A stretch of DNA of 64,000 nt from Candidatus Omnitrophota bacterium (GTDB taxonomy: Bacteria > Omnitrophota > Gorgyraeia > Duberdicusellales > 4484-171). The stretch covers positions 302,261 through 366,260 of the forward strand of contig JBAZGN010000002.1 of assembly GCA_041652815.1 (NCBI GenBank). The letters are read 5' to 3'. Numbering within the stretch: the first letter of the stretch is position 1; each line of letters begins with the position of its first letter. The notes under the pieces were generated by a model, which was given only the letters and a program-made list of their open reading frames with translations, was not told where the DNA came from and did not search any database. The position numbers were made by a program, and so were the translations under genes. Below are positions 38,490 to 48,754 of the stretch, piece after piece.

Positions 38490-40792
38490 ATGAAGCCGAA
38501 ACCAGAGCAGAATATATTGATCCTAAGCTAAAAGCCAGCGGCTGGGGTATCGTGGAAGGCACCAAGGTTCTGCGTGAATACAAAATCACTGCCGGTAAAA
38601 TCCAGACTGGTGGAGGTCGCGCCAAGCCGTTGATTGCTGACTATGTTCTGGTGTATCGCGGTCGTAAGCTTGCCATCATTGAAGCCAAGAGTGATGAGCT
38701 TGAAGTTGGCGAAGGCGTTGCTCAAGCCAAGAACTATGCCGAAATGATGCATCTTGATACGACTTATGCCAGTAACGGCAAAGAGATTTACCAAATCTGT
38801 ATGAAAACCGGGAAGGAAGGCTTGGTTGCTTCTTTCCCGTCACCGGAAGAATTATGGAATAGAACTTTTGAGACGCAAAACCAATGGCGGGATAAGTTTA
38901 ATCAAGTCCCGTTTGAAGATGTCGGCGGTACAAAAGAAGTGCGCTATTATCAGGAAATCGCGGTTAATAACGCTATGGCCGCCATTGCCGAAGATAAACC
39001 GCGCATATTGCTTACCTTGGCCACAGGCACCGGTAAAACCTTCATCGCTTTTCAGATAGCGTGGAAACTTTATCATACCCGCTGGAACTTGAAGCGCGAT
39101 GGAAGCCGTAGACCTCGTATTTTATTTCTTGCCGATAGAAATATTCTTGCTGATCAGGCATTCAACGCCTTTTCAACATTCCCCGAGGACGCGCTCGTTC
39201 GAATTAACCCCAAAGAAATCAGCAAAAAAGGCAGTGTTCCGACTAACGGCAGTATTTTCTTTACCATCTTTCAGACCTTTATGAGCGGTAAGGATAAAGA
39301 CGGTAAGCCTGCTCCATACTTTGGCGAATATCCTGTAGATTATTTTGATTTTATCATTATTGATGAATGTCATCGCGGCGGGGCGAATGACGAAAGCAAT
39401 TGGCGAGGTATTCTGGAATATTTCTCTCCTGCTGTACAGCTCGGCCTTACCGCAACGCCTAAACGTAAAGATAACGTTGATACTTATCGCTATTTTGGTG
39501 ATCCGGTTTATGTATATTCGCTTAAAGAAGGTATCAACGATGGATTTTTAACACCGTTTAAAATTAAGCGAATCAAGACGACTATTGATGATTATGTTTA
39601 TACTTCGGACGATAAGATTATAGAAGGTGAAATTGAAGAGGGGAGAATATACACAGAGCCGGATTTCAATAGAATTATAGAGATTAAAGAGCGTGAATCT
39701 AAGCGAGCGCAGATATTCCTTTCTGAAATTAATCAAAAAGAGAAAACTATCGTTTTTTGTGCTACCCAAGATCATGCGCTCGCAGTACGCGATCTGGTTA
39801 ATCAATATAAAGATAGCAAGGAACCCAATTATTGTGTGCGCGTTACCGCTAACGATGGTTTTCTTGGTGAACAGTATTTGAGAGAATTTCAGGATAACGA
39901 GAAAACCATCCCAACGATACTAACTACCTCACAAAAATTATCTACGGGCGTAGATGCGCGTAATATTAGAAATATTATACTTATGCGGCCGATTAATTCT
40001 ATAATTGAGTTTAAACAAATTATTGGACGTGGGACACGGTTATTTGAAGGGAAAGATTATTTTACTATTTATGATTTCGTTGATGCGTATCACCATTTTT
40101 TAGATCCTACTTGGGATGGTGAACCAATAGACGAAACAAAGGAGAAGGAGCCAAAGAAGCCGAAAGAGCCACCTGTTCCTCCAGAACCACCTGAGCCGCC
40201 CAAGAAGAAGATTAAGATTAAGCTGCGCGATGGTAAGGAGAGAGAAATACAGCATATGATTGCGACAACTTTCTTAAGTGCTGATGGTAGGCCAATGTCT
40301 GCAGAAGAATTCTTAAAGAGCATCTTTGGGGCATTGCCTGAATTCTTCAAAAATGAAGACGAGTTGCGTAAAATTTGGTCTAACCCGATTACCCGGAGGG
40401 CGTTGCTTGAAAAACTATTTAATGCTGGCTACGGTAAAGATGAACTAGCTGCTTTGCAGAAATTAATTAATGCTGAGAAGAGCGATCTATTTGATGTCCT
40501 CGAATACATTTCTTTCGCTATAAAACCAATCACGCGAGAAGAACGTGTTGCACAGGCACAGACAAAGATTTTTCAAGGGTTGGATAATAAACAAAAGGAG
40601 TTTCTGGAGTTTGTGCTTTCTAAATATATTGAAACTGGTGTGGAGGAGCTTGATCAGGAAAAACTGCCAGACCTTCTGACTCTGAAATATCAGGCAATTC
40701 GTGACGCAGAGGAAATATTGGGCGGGGTTGATAGTATCCGTGCCACTTTTATTGATTTCCAGAAGTATTTGTATGAGAAAGTGGTAGTTTGA
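38486..40792 (+). CDS. hsdR: type I restriction endonuclease subunit R (short, ~769 aa)
   Basis: N-terminal MNEAETRAEYIDPKL nuclease domain, helicase motifs ATGTGKT and DECH (IIIDECHRG), SAT/QxxGR motifs; proline-rich insert EPPVPPEPPEPP. Confidence 0.8.
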   Translation: MNEAETRAEYIDPKLKASGWGIVEGTKVLREYKITAGKIQTGGGRAKPLIADYVLVYRGRKLAIIEAKSDELEVGEGVAQAKNYAEMMHLDTTYASNGKEIYQICMKTGKEGLVASFPSPEELWNRTFETQNQWRDKFNQVPFEDVGGTKEVRYYQEIAVNNAMAAIAEDKPRILLTLATGTGKTFIAFQIAWKLYHTRWNLKRDGSRRPRILFLADRNILADQAFNAFSTFPEDALVRINPKEISKKGSVPTNGSIFFTIFQTFMSGKDKDGKPAPYFGEYPVDYFDFIIIDECHRGGANDESNWRGILEYFSPAVQLGLTATPKRKDNVDTYRYFGDPVYVYSLKEGINDGFLTPFKIKRIKTTIDDYVYTSDDKIIEGEIEEGRIYTEPDFNRIIEIKERESKRAQIFLSEINQKEKTIVFCATQDHALAVRDLVNQYKDSKEPNYCVRVTANDGFLGEQYLREFQDNEKTIPTILTTSQKLSTGVDARNIRNIILMRPINSIIEFKQIIGRGTRLFEGKDYFTIYDFVDAYHHFLDPTWDGEPIDETKEKEPKKPKEPPVPPEPPEPPKKKIKIKLRDGKEREIQHMIATTFLSADGRPMSAEEFLKSIFGALPEFFKNEDELRKIWSNPITRRALLEKLFNAGYGKDELAALQKLINAEKSDLFDVLEYISFAIKPITREERVAQAQTKIFQGLDNKQKEFLEFVLSKYIETGVEELDQEKLPDLLTLKYQAIRDAEEILGGVDSIRATFIDFQKYLYEKVVV

Positions 40793-40953
40793 TAATTCTA
40801 ATTCGGTGGGCACGCACGTAATTATTTACAATTAGGTCTCCAGAATTTCAGAATTTTTCAGATGTTTTGGCGATAGAGATTATCGAAAACATCGAGGTTG
40901 GGTTGGAGAGCTTTAAGAGGATTATTGAGAAATTAAATAAGTAGGCACCTTAA

Positions 40954-42450
40954 ATGAATGTTTATTTTTCTGATATTTTTGATGTTAAACCAAAGACGAT
41001 AGAAAAATATGGTGCATTTAATGTTTCATTAATAAATGACCTGCCTTTGTTTATCGATCCCTTCCTATTGTTCAATAGCGACAAAAAAGAGTATCAAAAA
41101 TTACACGAAGATATTTTAAAATATGTAGCCTTTCTTCGTGACCGTTCTATTTCTATTGAGGTTAGCGATGGTTTATTGCGTAGTTGGTATTGTTTTCCCG
41201 AGGTTAAGCAAACATGGCTTGGTTATAGCGAGATTGGGAATGCGGGGCGAGGTCCTGGTATTGAGTTCGCAAAATCCCTGGACAATAATTTAAGTAATAT
41301 ATTCGCTGATTTTGATAAAAATAAGATATCCCGTAGCGCTCATCTTGAAAAATTATGTTTAATAAGGGAAAACACAGGGCGTGATAATATCAGCGATTTT
41401 GTGACTAATTTAATTAAGGGCTATCTTTTATCATATACCCAAGATTTCGCGCGAAAATATATTGATGTTTCCAGGTTGAAAGAGTTTAATGTGTCCCGGG
41501 TTGTTTTTAACTATAAAACATCGTCTTGGGTATCTTCTAAGCATATGTTGCCTTGCTTTGATAATGATTTTGTGTTGCTCACACCGCGCGATCTTCTAAC
41601 TAAAGACGATACTTGGATTAATAAGCCAGATTTAATCAATCAATTTGATAATATCGTTTTATCTGTATCGAATGACCAATTGCGTTCACAATTGAATTTT
41701 TATTTTTCACAGAATTTGCCTAAGCCAGAATACACAAAAAAAGGTAAAGAAAAAAAGCCAGCCAAGAAGGATATAGCCAAGGCGATTAATGCCGTTATGC
41801 AAAAATATCCTGTTTTGCTTGATTACTACATAAAATACAAAGAAGATCAAGGGGATAATGCAGTATCTATTAGCGCTGAACGAGTAGAAGAGGTTTATAG
41901 CCTTTTTGTTGAGAAATTATCATTATTTATTAGTTACTTATTTAGCAAAACTGATTTTTATAAAAGTTCTGGCAATACGTTACGAGAAAGTTATCAGAGG
42001 GTTATGTTCTTAAAACATGTCATAGAGGATCAGGATGGTTATAAAATATTTTACCCGACGCCTGACGGTAAGCCAATCAATCGTGAATCATACTTGCATA
42101 TTATGTTTAAGTTGACTTGGTGTGCAAGCGAGTCAGCTATTACACCGGAAACGAATGCCGGTCGGGGGCCGGTAGATTTCGCGATATCGAAAGGCGCGCG
42201 CGATAAGACATTGGTTGAATTTAAATTAGCTTCGAGTTCTAAGCTTCGGCAGAATCTTTTAAACCAAGTTGAAATTTATAAAAAGGCGCATGATACGAAT
42301 AAAGCGATAAAGGTTATTTTGTTTTTTTCCGCAGAAGAGGAATCACGGGCAAAAGGAATAATTGGTGATTTAGGTCTTTTAAATGAGAAGTATATTGTTC
42401 TTATTGATGCTAGGAGAGATAATAAGGTGTCAGCCTCAAAGGCTAAGTAA
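40954..42450 (+). CDS. hypothetical protein with duplicated NAGRGP motif and C-terminal PD-(D/E)xK-like signature
   Basis: SEIGNAGRGPGIEF and TPETNAGRGPVDFAISKGARDKTLVEFKLA; immediately downstream of hsdR. Confidence 0.4.
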   Translation: MNVYFSDIFDVKPKTIEKYGAFNVSLINDLPLFIDPFLLFNSDKKEYQKLHEDILKYVAFLRDRSISIEVSDGLLRSWYCFPEVKQTWLGYSEIGNAGRGPGIEFAKSLDNNLSNIFADFDKNKISRSAHLEKLCLIRENTGRDNISDFVTNLIKGYLLSYTQDFARKYIDVSRLKEFNVSRVVFNYKTSSWVSSKHMLPCFDNDFVLLTPRDLLTKDDTWINKPDLINQFDNIVLSVSNDQLRSQLNFYFSQNLPKPEYTKKGKEKKPAKKDIAKAINAVMQKYPVLLDYYIKYKEDQGDNAVSISAERVEEVYSLFVEKLSLFISYLFSKTDFYKSSGNTLRESYQRVMFLKHVIEDQDGYKIFYPTPDGKPINRESYLHIMFKLTWCASESAITPETNAGRGPVDFAISKGARDKTLVEFKLASSSKLRQNLLNQVEIYKKAHDTNKAIKVILFFSAEEESRAKGIIGDLGLLNEKYIVLIDARRDNKVSASKAK

Positions 42451-42656
42451 AGTGCCGTAAATTATGGAGGTTTTTATGCCCGACGGAGGATTTTTAGTTA
42501 AGTTTGACGGTAAAGAAGCGTTCAGGTGCTATGAGATAAGTTTTTCTTATGATTCGTTTACATACCGCATTAACAACGAAGAGCCTAAAGAATTTCCCAA
42601 GGAAGGTATTGGGAAAATAGAAATAATCCTCGAATAACCTGCAACAGTAAAAAAGC

Positions 42657-43577
42657 ATGCCAAAAAAGAAAATATGGTCAGGAGATTTTGAAGTAAAAAA
42701 TAATCTGCTTTATTACCTGCCTGCCGAAGACGATAAGCTTAACGTTGGTCATGCCTTAAAAGTAGTAGGCAAATGGGATATTACTAAAAATGGTCGCCTG
42801 CGATTTATTGTTGATAACTCGCAAAACCAGATTTTCGGTAAAACCATCTCTGTAGGCTCCGAACTTAGCCGCGTCAATACAGGAAGCTTAGAGTTTAGGG
42901 CGGCTCACCGCATAACCCCTACCGGTAAAAATGTAAAAACAATTGCGCTATCTGGTGAATTGACCGCGCTCGCCGGTAAAAAGCTTGCTTTTGAAATAGA
43001 GCGCGAAGGCGCGATTGATACTTTAAAATTAAACGGCACCTGGGATGTATTTGATGGCAACCAGATTGGATGTCTTATTAAGCGCACCTGCAGTGGCAAG
43101 CAAATAACCAATTCGGTTGCGTTAAAGGGTACTTGGGAAATTGCGGGTAATATCCTGTCGTATCAGGTGGAGAAATCCAACAAGCCGTTTTTGGCCCAGG
43201 AATTTGAAATCAAACGGGCAATCTACACCGACAAAGAAAGCGGCATTGATTTTACTTTAGGCGCGGACCTGCGGTGCGAAACCGCTCGCCGGGGCGCGAG
43301 CGATACAGTTTCTCTTAAGGGCACGTGGAAACAAGATGGGGCAAAAGCCGAATTTATTTTTACTTCCGCAAGGCGTCAGTCGTTTACCTTTATTTTAAGC
43401 CGTAAACTTTCCAACGATAAAGAGCTTGTTTTCGAACTAGATACAGGCGAGGATAGAAAACCTTCTTTTACATTGACTTTTGCCAAAAAGATTAAGGGTG
43501 ACAGCAGTTTCTTTATTCGTGGTAAGATTTCTGAAAAAGAAAAACGTGCCGAGGCAGGATTCTATTTCCCATTTTGA
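42657..43577 (+). CDS. hypothetical protein with repeated L(K/N)GTW beta-strand modules
   Basis: Repeats VVGKWDITKNG / LNGTWDVFDGN / LKGTWEIAGN / LKGTWKQDGA. Confidence 0.4.
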   Translation: MPKKKIWSGDFEVKNNLLYYLPAEDDKLNVGHALKVVGKWDITKNGRLRFIVDNSQNQIFGKTISVGSELSRVNTGSLEFRAAHRITPTGKNVKTIALSGELTALAGKKLAFEIEREGAIDTLKLNGTWDVFDGNQIGCLIKRTCSGKQITNSVALKGTWEIAGNILSYQVEKSNKPFLAQEFEIKRAIYTDKESGIDFTLGADLRCETARRGASDTVSLKGTWKQDGAKAEFIFTSARRQSFTFILSRKLSNDKELVFELDTGEDRKPSFTLTFAKKIKGDSSFFIRGKISEKEKRAEAGFYFPF

Positions 43578-43652
43578 TAAATTGTGAGTTTTCTTGCCAC
43601 CCTAAGCGTGAGAAGGTATAATAATACTGGTTGTAGGGGGGGGGTGAAATTT

Positions 43653-43910
43653 ATGAGTGACAATATCAATTTTGAAGAAATCAAAAAAGAAATCAGAAAA
43701 CTTATCTCTGAAATTGCTGAAATTCCAGAAGAAGAAATCAAAGATGATGCCAGATTTGCCGAAGACTTAGGTATTGACAGTATGATGGCCTTGGAAGTTG
43801 TTGCAGGTATTGAGAAAAAATACAAAGTAGTCATCCCTGAGGCAGAAATTCCCATCATAAGGTCGCTCCAAAACGTTTACGATTTACTAGGAAAACTGTT
43901 AAATAAATAA
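43653..43910 (+). CDS. acyl carrier protein
   Basis: DLGIDSMMALE phosphopantetheine-attachment motif; ATG 43653 (track ORF 43584 N-extended). Confidence 0.7.
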   Translation: MSDNINFEEIKKEIRKLISEIAEIPEEEIKDDARFAEDLGIDSMMALEVVAGIEKKYKVVIPEAEIPIIRSLQNVYDLLGKLLNK

Positions 43911-43911
43911 T

Positions 43912-45012
43912 ATGTCAGAGAAAAAAACCATATTTATCACTGGCACAACAGGTTTGCTCGGCTCTTATTTATTAAAAATCCTTCTGGAAAATGGACATAA
44001 AGTTTATGCGTTGGCGAGAAATAAGAATGAGAAAGCTGCTAAAGACAGAGTCAAAGAAGCTTTAAGCTTTTGGGATGATAAAGTCATTGCTAAATATTCA
44101 GATAATTTGATAGTCTTAGATGGTGACATAACTGAACAGAATTTAGGTTTAAAAAAAGAAAATATTGAATTGTTACGAAAAGAAATAGAAGAAATCTTCC
44201 ATTGTGCCGCGCTTACTAAATTAAATTCACCCCTGGAGAGCTCGCGAAAAGTGAATGTAGAAGGTACAAAAAATATTTTAGAATTATGCTGTGATTGGAA
44301 TAACCGCGGCAAATTAAAAAAAGTAAATCATATAAGCACTATTTTTATCTACGGAGATTATCAGAATATTTTTCAAGAAAATAACTTAGATGTAGGGCAG
44401 AAGTTTAATACTTTCTACGAGCAAACAAAATTTGAAGCAGAAAAGCTAATAGGGGAATATAGAAATAAAGGGTTATGGATAGATATTTTTCGCCCCTGCG
44501 CAATCATAGGAGAATCTTTTACTGGGAAAATCCCTTCCCTCAGCTACGCATTACATCAGTTAATTCATATTTGGAGCAAAGGCCTTTTGGATTATTTCCC
44601 TCAAGGTTATTTCCTCAAAGCTGTTTGTGTTGACGAGCTTTCTCGCAGTATTTTTTACATTTCTTCTAAAAGTTTGGAAAAGAATAAAACCTATCATCCT
44701 TTTGGTTATGATTCACTTTCACTTGTGGAGCTTTTGAATTTATCGGTAGAGCATTTTAAATTTAAGAAATTATATATTGTTAGTAAAGAAGAATTTGTAA
44801 GCAAATCCACGCCTTTGCAGGTTATGCTTTTAAAGCATAACATCTTTTTTATTAATACCAACGTTAAAGCTGCTTCCGAGGCCACTAATAAATTTTTAAA
44901 ATATTATAATTTTGAATTTTCGCAATTTACAAAACCTTTACTCTTTAATATTCTTGCTTATGCAATTAAGACAGGTTTTATTATGAAATCGAAAGAGCGT
45001 CATAAAGACTAA
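43912..45012 (+). CDS. thioester reductase / fatty acyl reductase-type SDR (NAD_binding_4 family)
   Basis: IFITGTTGLLGSYLLKILL Rossmann motif, YxxxK region (FYEQTK), length and pattern of terminal reductase domains; adjacent to ACP. Confidence 0.65.
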   Translation: MSEKKTIFITGTTGLLGSYLLKILLENGHKVYALARNKNEKAAKDRVKEALSFWDDKVIAKYSDNLIVLDGDITEQNLGLKKENIELLRKEIEEIFHCAALTKLNSPLESSRKVNVEGTKNILELCCDWNNRGKLKKVNHISTIFIYGDYQNIFQENNLDVGQKFNTFYEQTKFEAEKLIGEYRNKGLWIDIFRPCAIIGESFTGKIPSLSYALHQLIHIWSKGLLDYFPQGYFLKAVCVDELSRSIFYISSKSLEKNKTYHPFGYDSLSLVELLNLSVEHFKFKKLYIVSKEEFVSKSTPLQVMLLKHNIFFINTNVKAASEATNKFLKYYNFEFSQFTKPLLFNILAYAIKTGFIMKSKERHKD

Positions 45013-45024
45013 AGGAGGATATAA

Positions 45025-47157
45025 ATGAATACATATTCATTACCACCATTAATCATTTCCTTATTGCTTTTTTCTTTAGGAATTTTTGTTTTTTTAAAAA
45101 ATAAAAGTAGTTCTTTAAATCGAGTATTCTTCTATTTGTGTTCTGTAAGCTCAATATGGTTATTTTTCTATTCGCTGGCATATAATACATCCGTTGAAGG
45201 AAAAGCGTTAACATTACTGAAAATAGGTTATTGCGGCGTAGTATTCATATCGATAACTTATTTTCATTATGCTGTATCCTTTTTAAGGATGAAAAAAATG
45301 CGTCCTGTTGTTTTCGCGTCATATTTTATTGGTATAGGTTGGATTTTGACTATATTCTTTACGCCATATTTTATGAGCGGAGTTTATAAATATTTTTGGG
45401 GATATTATCCTAAGGCTGGAATACTTCATCCTATTTTCTTAACTTTTTTTATAGGTTTGTTATCTTTCTCAATGGTTTTATATTCCTATTTCCTCTTTTT
45501 TAAAAAAGCTCTTTCTGCTATAGAAAAAATTCAGGTTAAATATATATTTTTGGCGTTTGCAATTTACAATTTAGCATGCATAGATTTTGTTCCTAATTAC
45601 GGGATAAGTATTTATCCATTTGGCTGTATTCCGACATTCTTTTTTCTCCTAATTTTTAGCTTCACAATAATTAAATATCGTCTAATGGATATCCGAATCT
45701 TTATCACTCGCGCGACTATCTTTATTTTTGTCTATACCTTTGTTTTGGGGTTGCCTTTATGGTTGGGATTTGCAACGAACCAATGGTTATGGGCAGTATT
45801 ATTAGTAGGTATTTTGTCGGCTATTGGCCCTTTTGGTTATAGCCACTTACGCCAACAGATTGAGAATGTTATCTTCAAGGAACGGCAGCGTTTGCAGGAA
45901 TATTTAAGGCATGCGGCTAAACGTATAGCCCAAATAAGCGATTTGCCTACTTTATGGCAAGCGCTCATTCAAGAGGCACGCAAAGCAGTTGATCCGGAAT
46001 TTGTTGAGCTCTATATTTTATCAAAAGAGGATAAGGCTTTTGTCTTAAATCAAAATAGTATCTTAGGCGATGCCCCTCATAACATTAAACAAATCTCTTT
46101 AGACTCTTTATTAATTAAAAACCTTATCCGGCATAAAAGAACAATACTTGTAGAAAGCTCTTTTGGATTGAATTTACCTCTGGAAACCATTGCCGTTGCC
46201 TTTTTCGCGGAAGGCGAGCTTTTTGGATTTCTGTTGTTAGGGCCAAAGCCCAAAAAAGCGCTTTATAACGAAGTTGACTTTGTTACCTTTGATATTTTCT
46301 CTTCCCAAGCTTCGCTCGCTATTGAAAATGCTAAACATTTTCAGGAGCTAAAACACTCTCAATTAGAACTGCTTCGCCAGGAAAACTTAAAATTCGTCCA
46401 GGTATTAGTTAAAGGCTTGGCGCACGAAATCCTTAATCCTTTGACTCCCCTGATGCATAGGATTGAGGATTTGGAGGGCGAGTCTTTGTTGAAATTATAT
46501 GAAGTGTATGAAAATAATATCCAACAGCTTGGAGAAAAAGAAAGTCTGAAATTTAAAGAATCCCTCTTAGGGTTACGCGACTCAACCAAATCATTAAAAA
46601 ATAACGCTCAGCATATCCACTTAATTGTTGATATGCTCAATAAAATGCAAAAAGGCGATGAGACAACCATAGGTCCGTTAGACTTGAAATCATTTCTTAA
46701 AGATGTTGTGCCGATGTTAGCCTTAGAAGTTGAGCCGCATATACAAGAAGGAATAACTGTTAATTGTGATATTGCGAATAATATCCATCCCATAAGAGGA
46801 AACCCCACGTTGTTTAAACAAATTTTTATCAACTTATATAAGAATTCTTGCGAAGCAATGAGAAATTTTCCTACTAAAATAATCAATATTTCCTGTAAAC
46901 TAGATGCGCAAAACTCAAAAGAAGCCTTGATTGAGTTTTCAGATACCGGTCCGGGCATATCTCCCGCGATTCTTTCAAAAATATTTACCCATGGTTTTAC
47001 TACTAAAGGCACAAAAGGTTCGGGTATTGGTTTAAGCCAGTGTAAAGCAATAATTGAAAAATTCGGCGGCACGATAAATATAGAATCTAAACAAAACCAG
47101 GGAACAAAATTCATTATCAAATTACCTATTTTGGGGGTGGGAAAAAATGTTAGTTAA
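45025..47157 (+). CDS. sensor histidine kinase with N-terminal polytopic membrane domain and GAF-like region
   Basis: ~7 TM helices, HisKA H-box LAHEILNPLTP, HATPase_c motifs (N-box INLYKNSCEAM, G-boxes DTGPGI, GSGIGLS). Confidence 0.8.
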   Translation: MNTYSLPPLIISLLLFSLGIFVFLKNKSSSLNRVFFYLCSVSSIWLFFYSLAYNTSVEGKALTLLKIGYCGVVFISITYFHYAVSFLRMKKMRPVVFASYFIGIGWILTIFFTPYFMSGVYKYFWGYYPKAGILHPIFLTFFIGLLSFSMVLYSYFLFFKKALSAIEKIQVKYIFLAFAIYNLACIDFVPNYGISIYPFGCIPTFFFLLIFSFTIIKYRLMDIRIFITRATIFIFVYTFVLGLPLWLGFATNQWLWAVLLVGILSAIGPFGYSHLRQQIENVIFKERQRLQEYLRHAAKRIAQISDLPTLWQALIQEARKAVDPEFVELYILSKEDKAFVLNQNSILGDAPHNIKQISLDSLLIKNLIRHKRTILVESSFGLNLPLETIAVAFFAEGELFGFLLLGPKPKKALYNEVDFVTFDIFSSQASLAIENAKHFQELKHSQLELLRQENLKFVQVLVKGLAHEILNPLTPLMHRIEDLEGESLLKLYEVYENNIQQLGEKESLKFKESLLGLRDSTKSLKNNAQHIHLIVDMLNKMQKGDETTIGPLDLKSFLKDVVPMLALEVEPHIQEGITVNCDIANNIHPIRGNPTLFKQIFINLYKNSCEAMRNFPTKIINISCKLDAQNSKEALIEFSDTGPGISPAILSKIFTHGFTTKGTKGSGIGLSQCKAIIEKFGGTINIESKQNQGTKFIIKLPILGVGKNVS

Positions 47158-47644
47158 AATCCTAATTGTTGACGATGATTTAGAAGTATTAAATTCATTA
47201 GGCAAAATATTTACCACTTTAATGAAGGGGTATCTGGTGCTTAACGCAACTTCTGCTAACGCTGGTTTAAGTATGTTAAAAGAACAAAGGCCTGATATCG
47301 TGATTGTAGATGTCCGGCTTGGGCCTGCTTCAGGAATGGATTTGATTGCAGATTATTGCCAGTGGATAAGCAGCCAAGGGGGCTATAAGCCAATTTTTAT
47401 CGTGATTACTGCTTATGATGACGCAGTAGCAAAGAAAAGAGCCGAAGAATTTAAGGTTGACGCTTTTTTAATGAAACCATTTAGCAAGGAAACTATACTA
47501 CATGCAGTTATTGACGGGGTATGCAAGATTTTACATCGAGAGCTAAATATTCTTGATGAAATGCGCAATCACTATAAAATGATATTAGATAAGATTAGCA
47601 CATTGGATAAGAAATTAAATGGCGAAGAGGGTAACCATGAGTAA
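47147..47644 (+). CDS. single-domain response regulator receiver protein
   Basis: ILIVDDD, IVDVRL (phospho-Asp), conserved K region. Confidence 0.65.
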   Translation: MLVKILIVDDDLEVLNSLGKIFTTLMKGYLVLNATSANAGLSMLKEQRPDIVIVDVRLGPASGMDLIADYCQWISSQGGYKPIFIVITAYDDAVAKKRAEEFKVDAFLMKPFSKETILHAVIDGVCKILHRELNILDEMRNHYKMILDKISTLDKKLNGEEGNHE

Positions 47645-48014
47645 AATATTGATAGCAGACGATGAAAAAGAAATTTCTGAAATGATTGGAACGTCACTGC
47701 GCCGCTCGGGATATGAAGTTTTTTCTGCTTTAGATGGGAAAACAGCGATAGAAACTGCGAAATGCGAAAACCCCGACGTAATTTTACTTGATCTGCGTTT
47801 TCCTAAACCCGGCCTGGATGGTATAGAAATATTAACAGCAATCAGGGAATTTAATAAAGAGGTAAAAGTTATTCTTACTTCTGGATTAGGCGCCGAGGCT
47901 AAAGAAATAGAGCAGGCGCAAGGATTAGGTATCAGTAAATTTCTGCCTAAGCCGTTAGATATCGCACAATTAAAAGAAACCCTCAGGGAAATGGTCGGTA
48001 ATAACACAGCTTAA
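47619..48014 (+). CDS. single-domain CheY-like response regulator receiver protein
   Basis: ILIADDE, ILLDLRFP, LTSGLG, K in FLPKP. Confidence 0.7.
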   Translation: MAKRVTMSKILIADDEKEISEMIGTSLRRSGYEVFSALDGKTAIETAKCENPDVILLDLRFPKPGLDGIEILTAIREFNKEVKVILTSGLGAEAKEIEQAQGLGISKFLPKPLDIAQLKETLREMVGNNTA

Positions 48015-48027
48015 TAGCGGTTTTAAA

Positions 48028-48312
48028 ATGTTATTTTTCCGCAAGAAAAAAGATGAAAAGTTAGAACAAGTAAAGCAAGAAATTTTCTCAAAAATTAAGC
48101 CCATATTATCTAAGATGCTTGAGGTAGATGAGGAAAAAATTACCCCAAAAGCCAGAATAGCCGAAGATTTAGGTGCAGACTCATTAGATTCAGTAGATAT
48201 TACAATAAAATTAGAAGAAGTATTTAATATTGAAATACTTGATGAAGACGTAGAAAAAATGAAAACCGTTGACGATATTCTTACTTATTTAGCACACAAT
48301 AAAGAAGGTTAA
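48028..48312 (+). CDS. acyl carrier protein-like (second copy)
   Basis: EDLGADSLDSVDI motif. Confidence 0.6.
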   Translation: MLFFRKKKDEKLEQVKQEIFSKIKPILSKMLEVDEEKITPKARIAEDLGADSLDSVDITIKLEEVFNIEILDEDVEKMKTVDDILTYLAHNKEG

Positions 48313-48314
48313 CT

Positions 48315-48739
48315 ATGTCCACCTGGCGAGATTTATTCCACACTTTAGCAAATAAGCAGAATTTGATAAGTATAGGCACAAAGGCAACCAAAGAAGCCCT
48401 TGAGGATTGCTTAAAAAAAGATGTGTCAAAAGAATTAAAAGAGAAAATACTTGATAATGCTGCAAATGGAAAATATTTTAGCCTATCTTTATCAGCGCAA
48501 TATTTCCGAAAACGAAAAACGTGCTTCTGTGGTTTTCAAGCAATTCGCCTCAAACAAGGGATAACTTTAACAAGAGCTGGCAATTTCTAATTCCTTCAGT
48601 TATGGAAAGAGGCGTGATCCTGGGCGTTTTATTGCAATACGGCATGATCGAAAGTGATGATATAAATTTAAAAATAACGGCGCAGGGGTATAACTTCTTG
48701 CAATACATAGGGTTAATTCCTTACCCTTCCCAGGTATAG
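48315..48739 (+). pseudogene. possible frameshifted gene (two overlapping ORFs 48315..48590 and 48521..48739)
   Basis: Consecutive same-strand ORFs overlapping by 70 nt in different frames; could be an authentic frameshift, a programmed shift or an assembly error. Confidence 0.3.
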
Positions 48740-48754
48740 ACGTATTAGTTTTAG

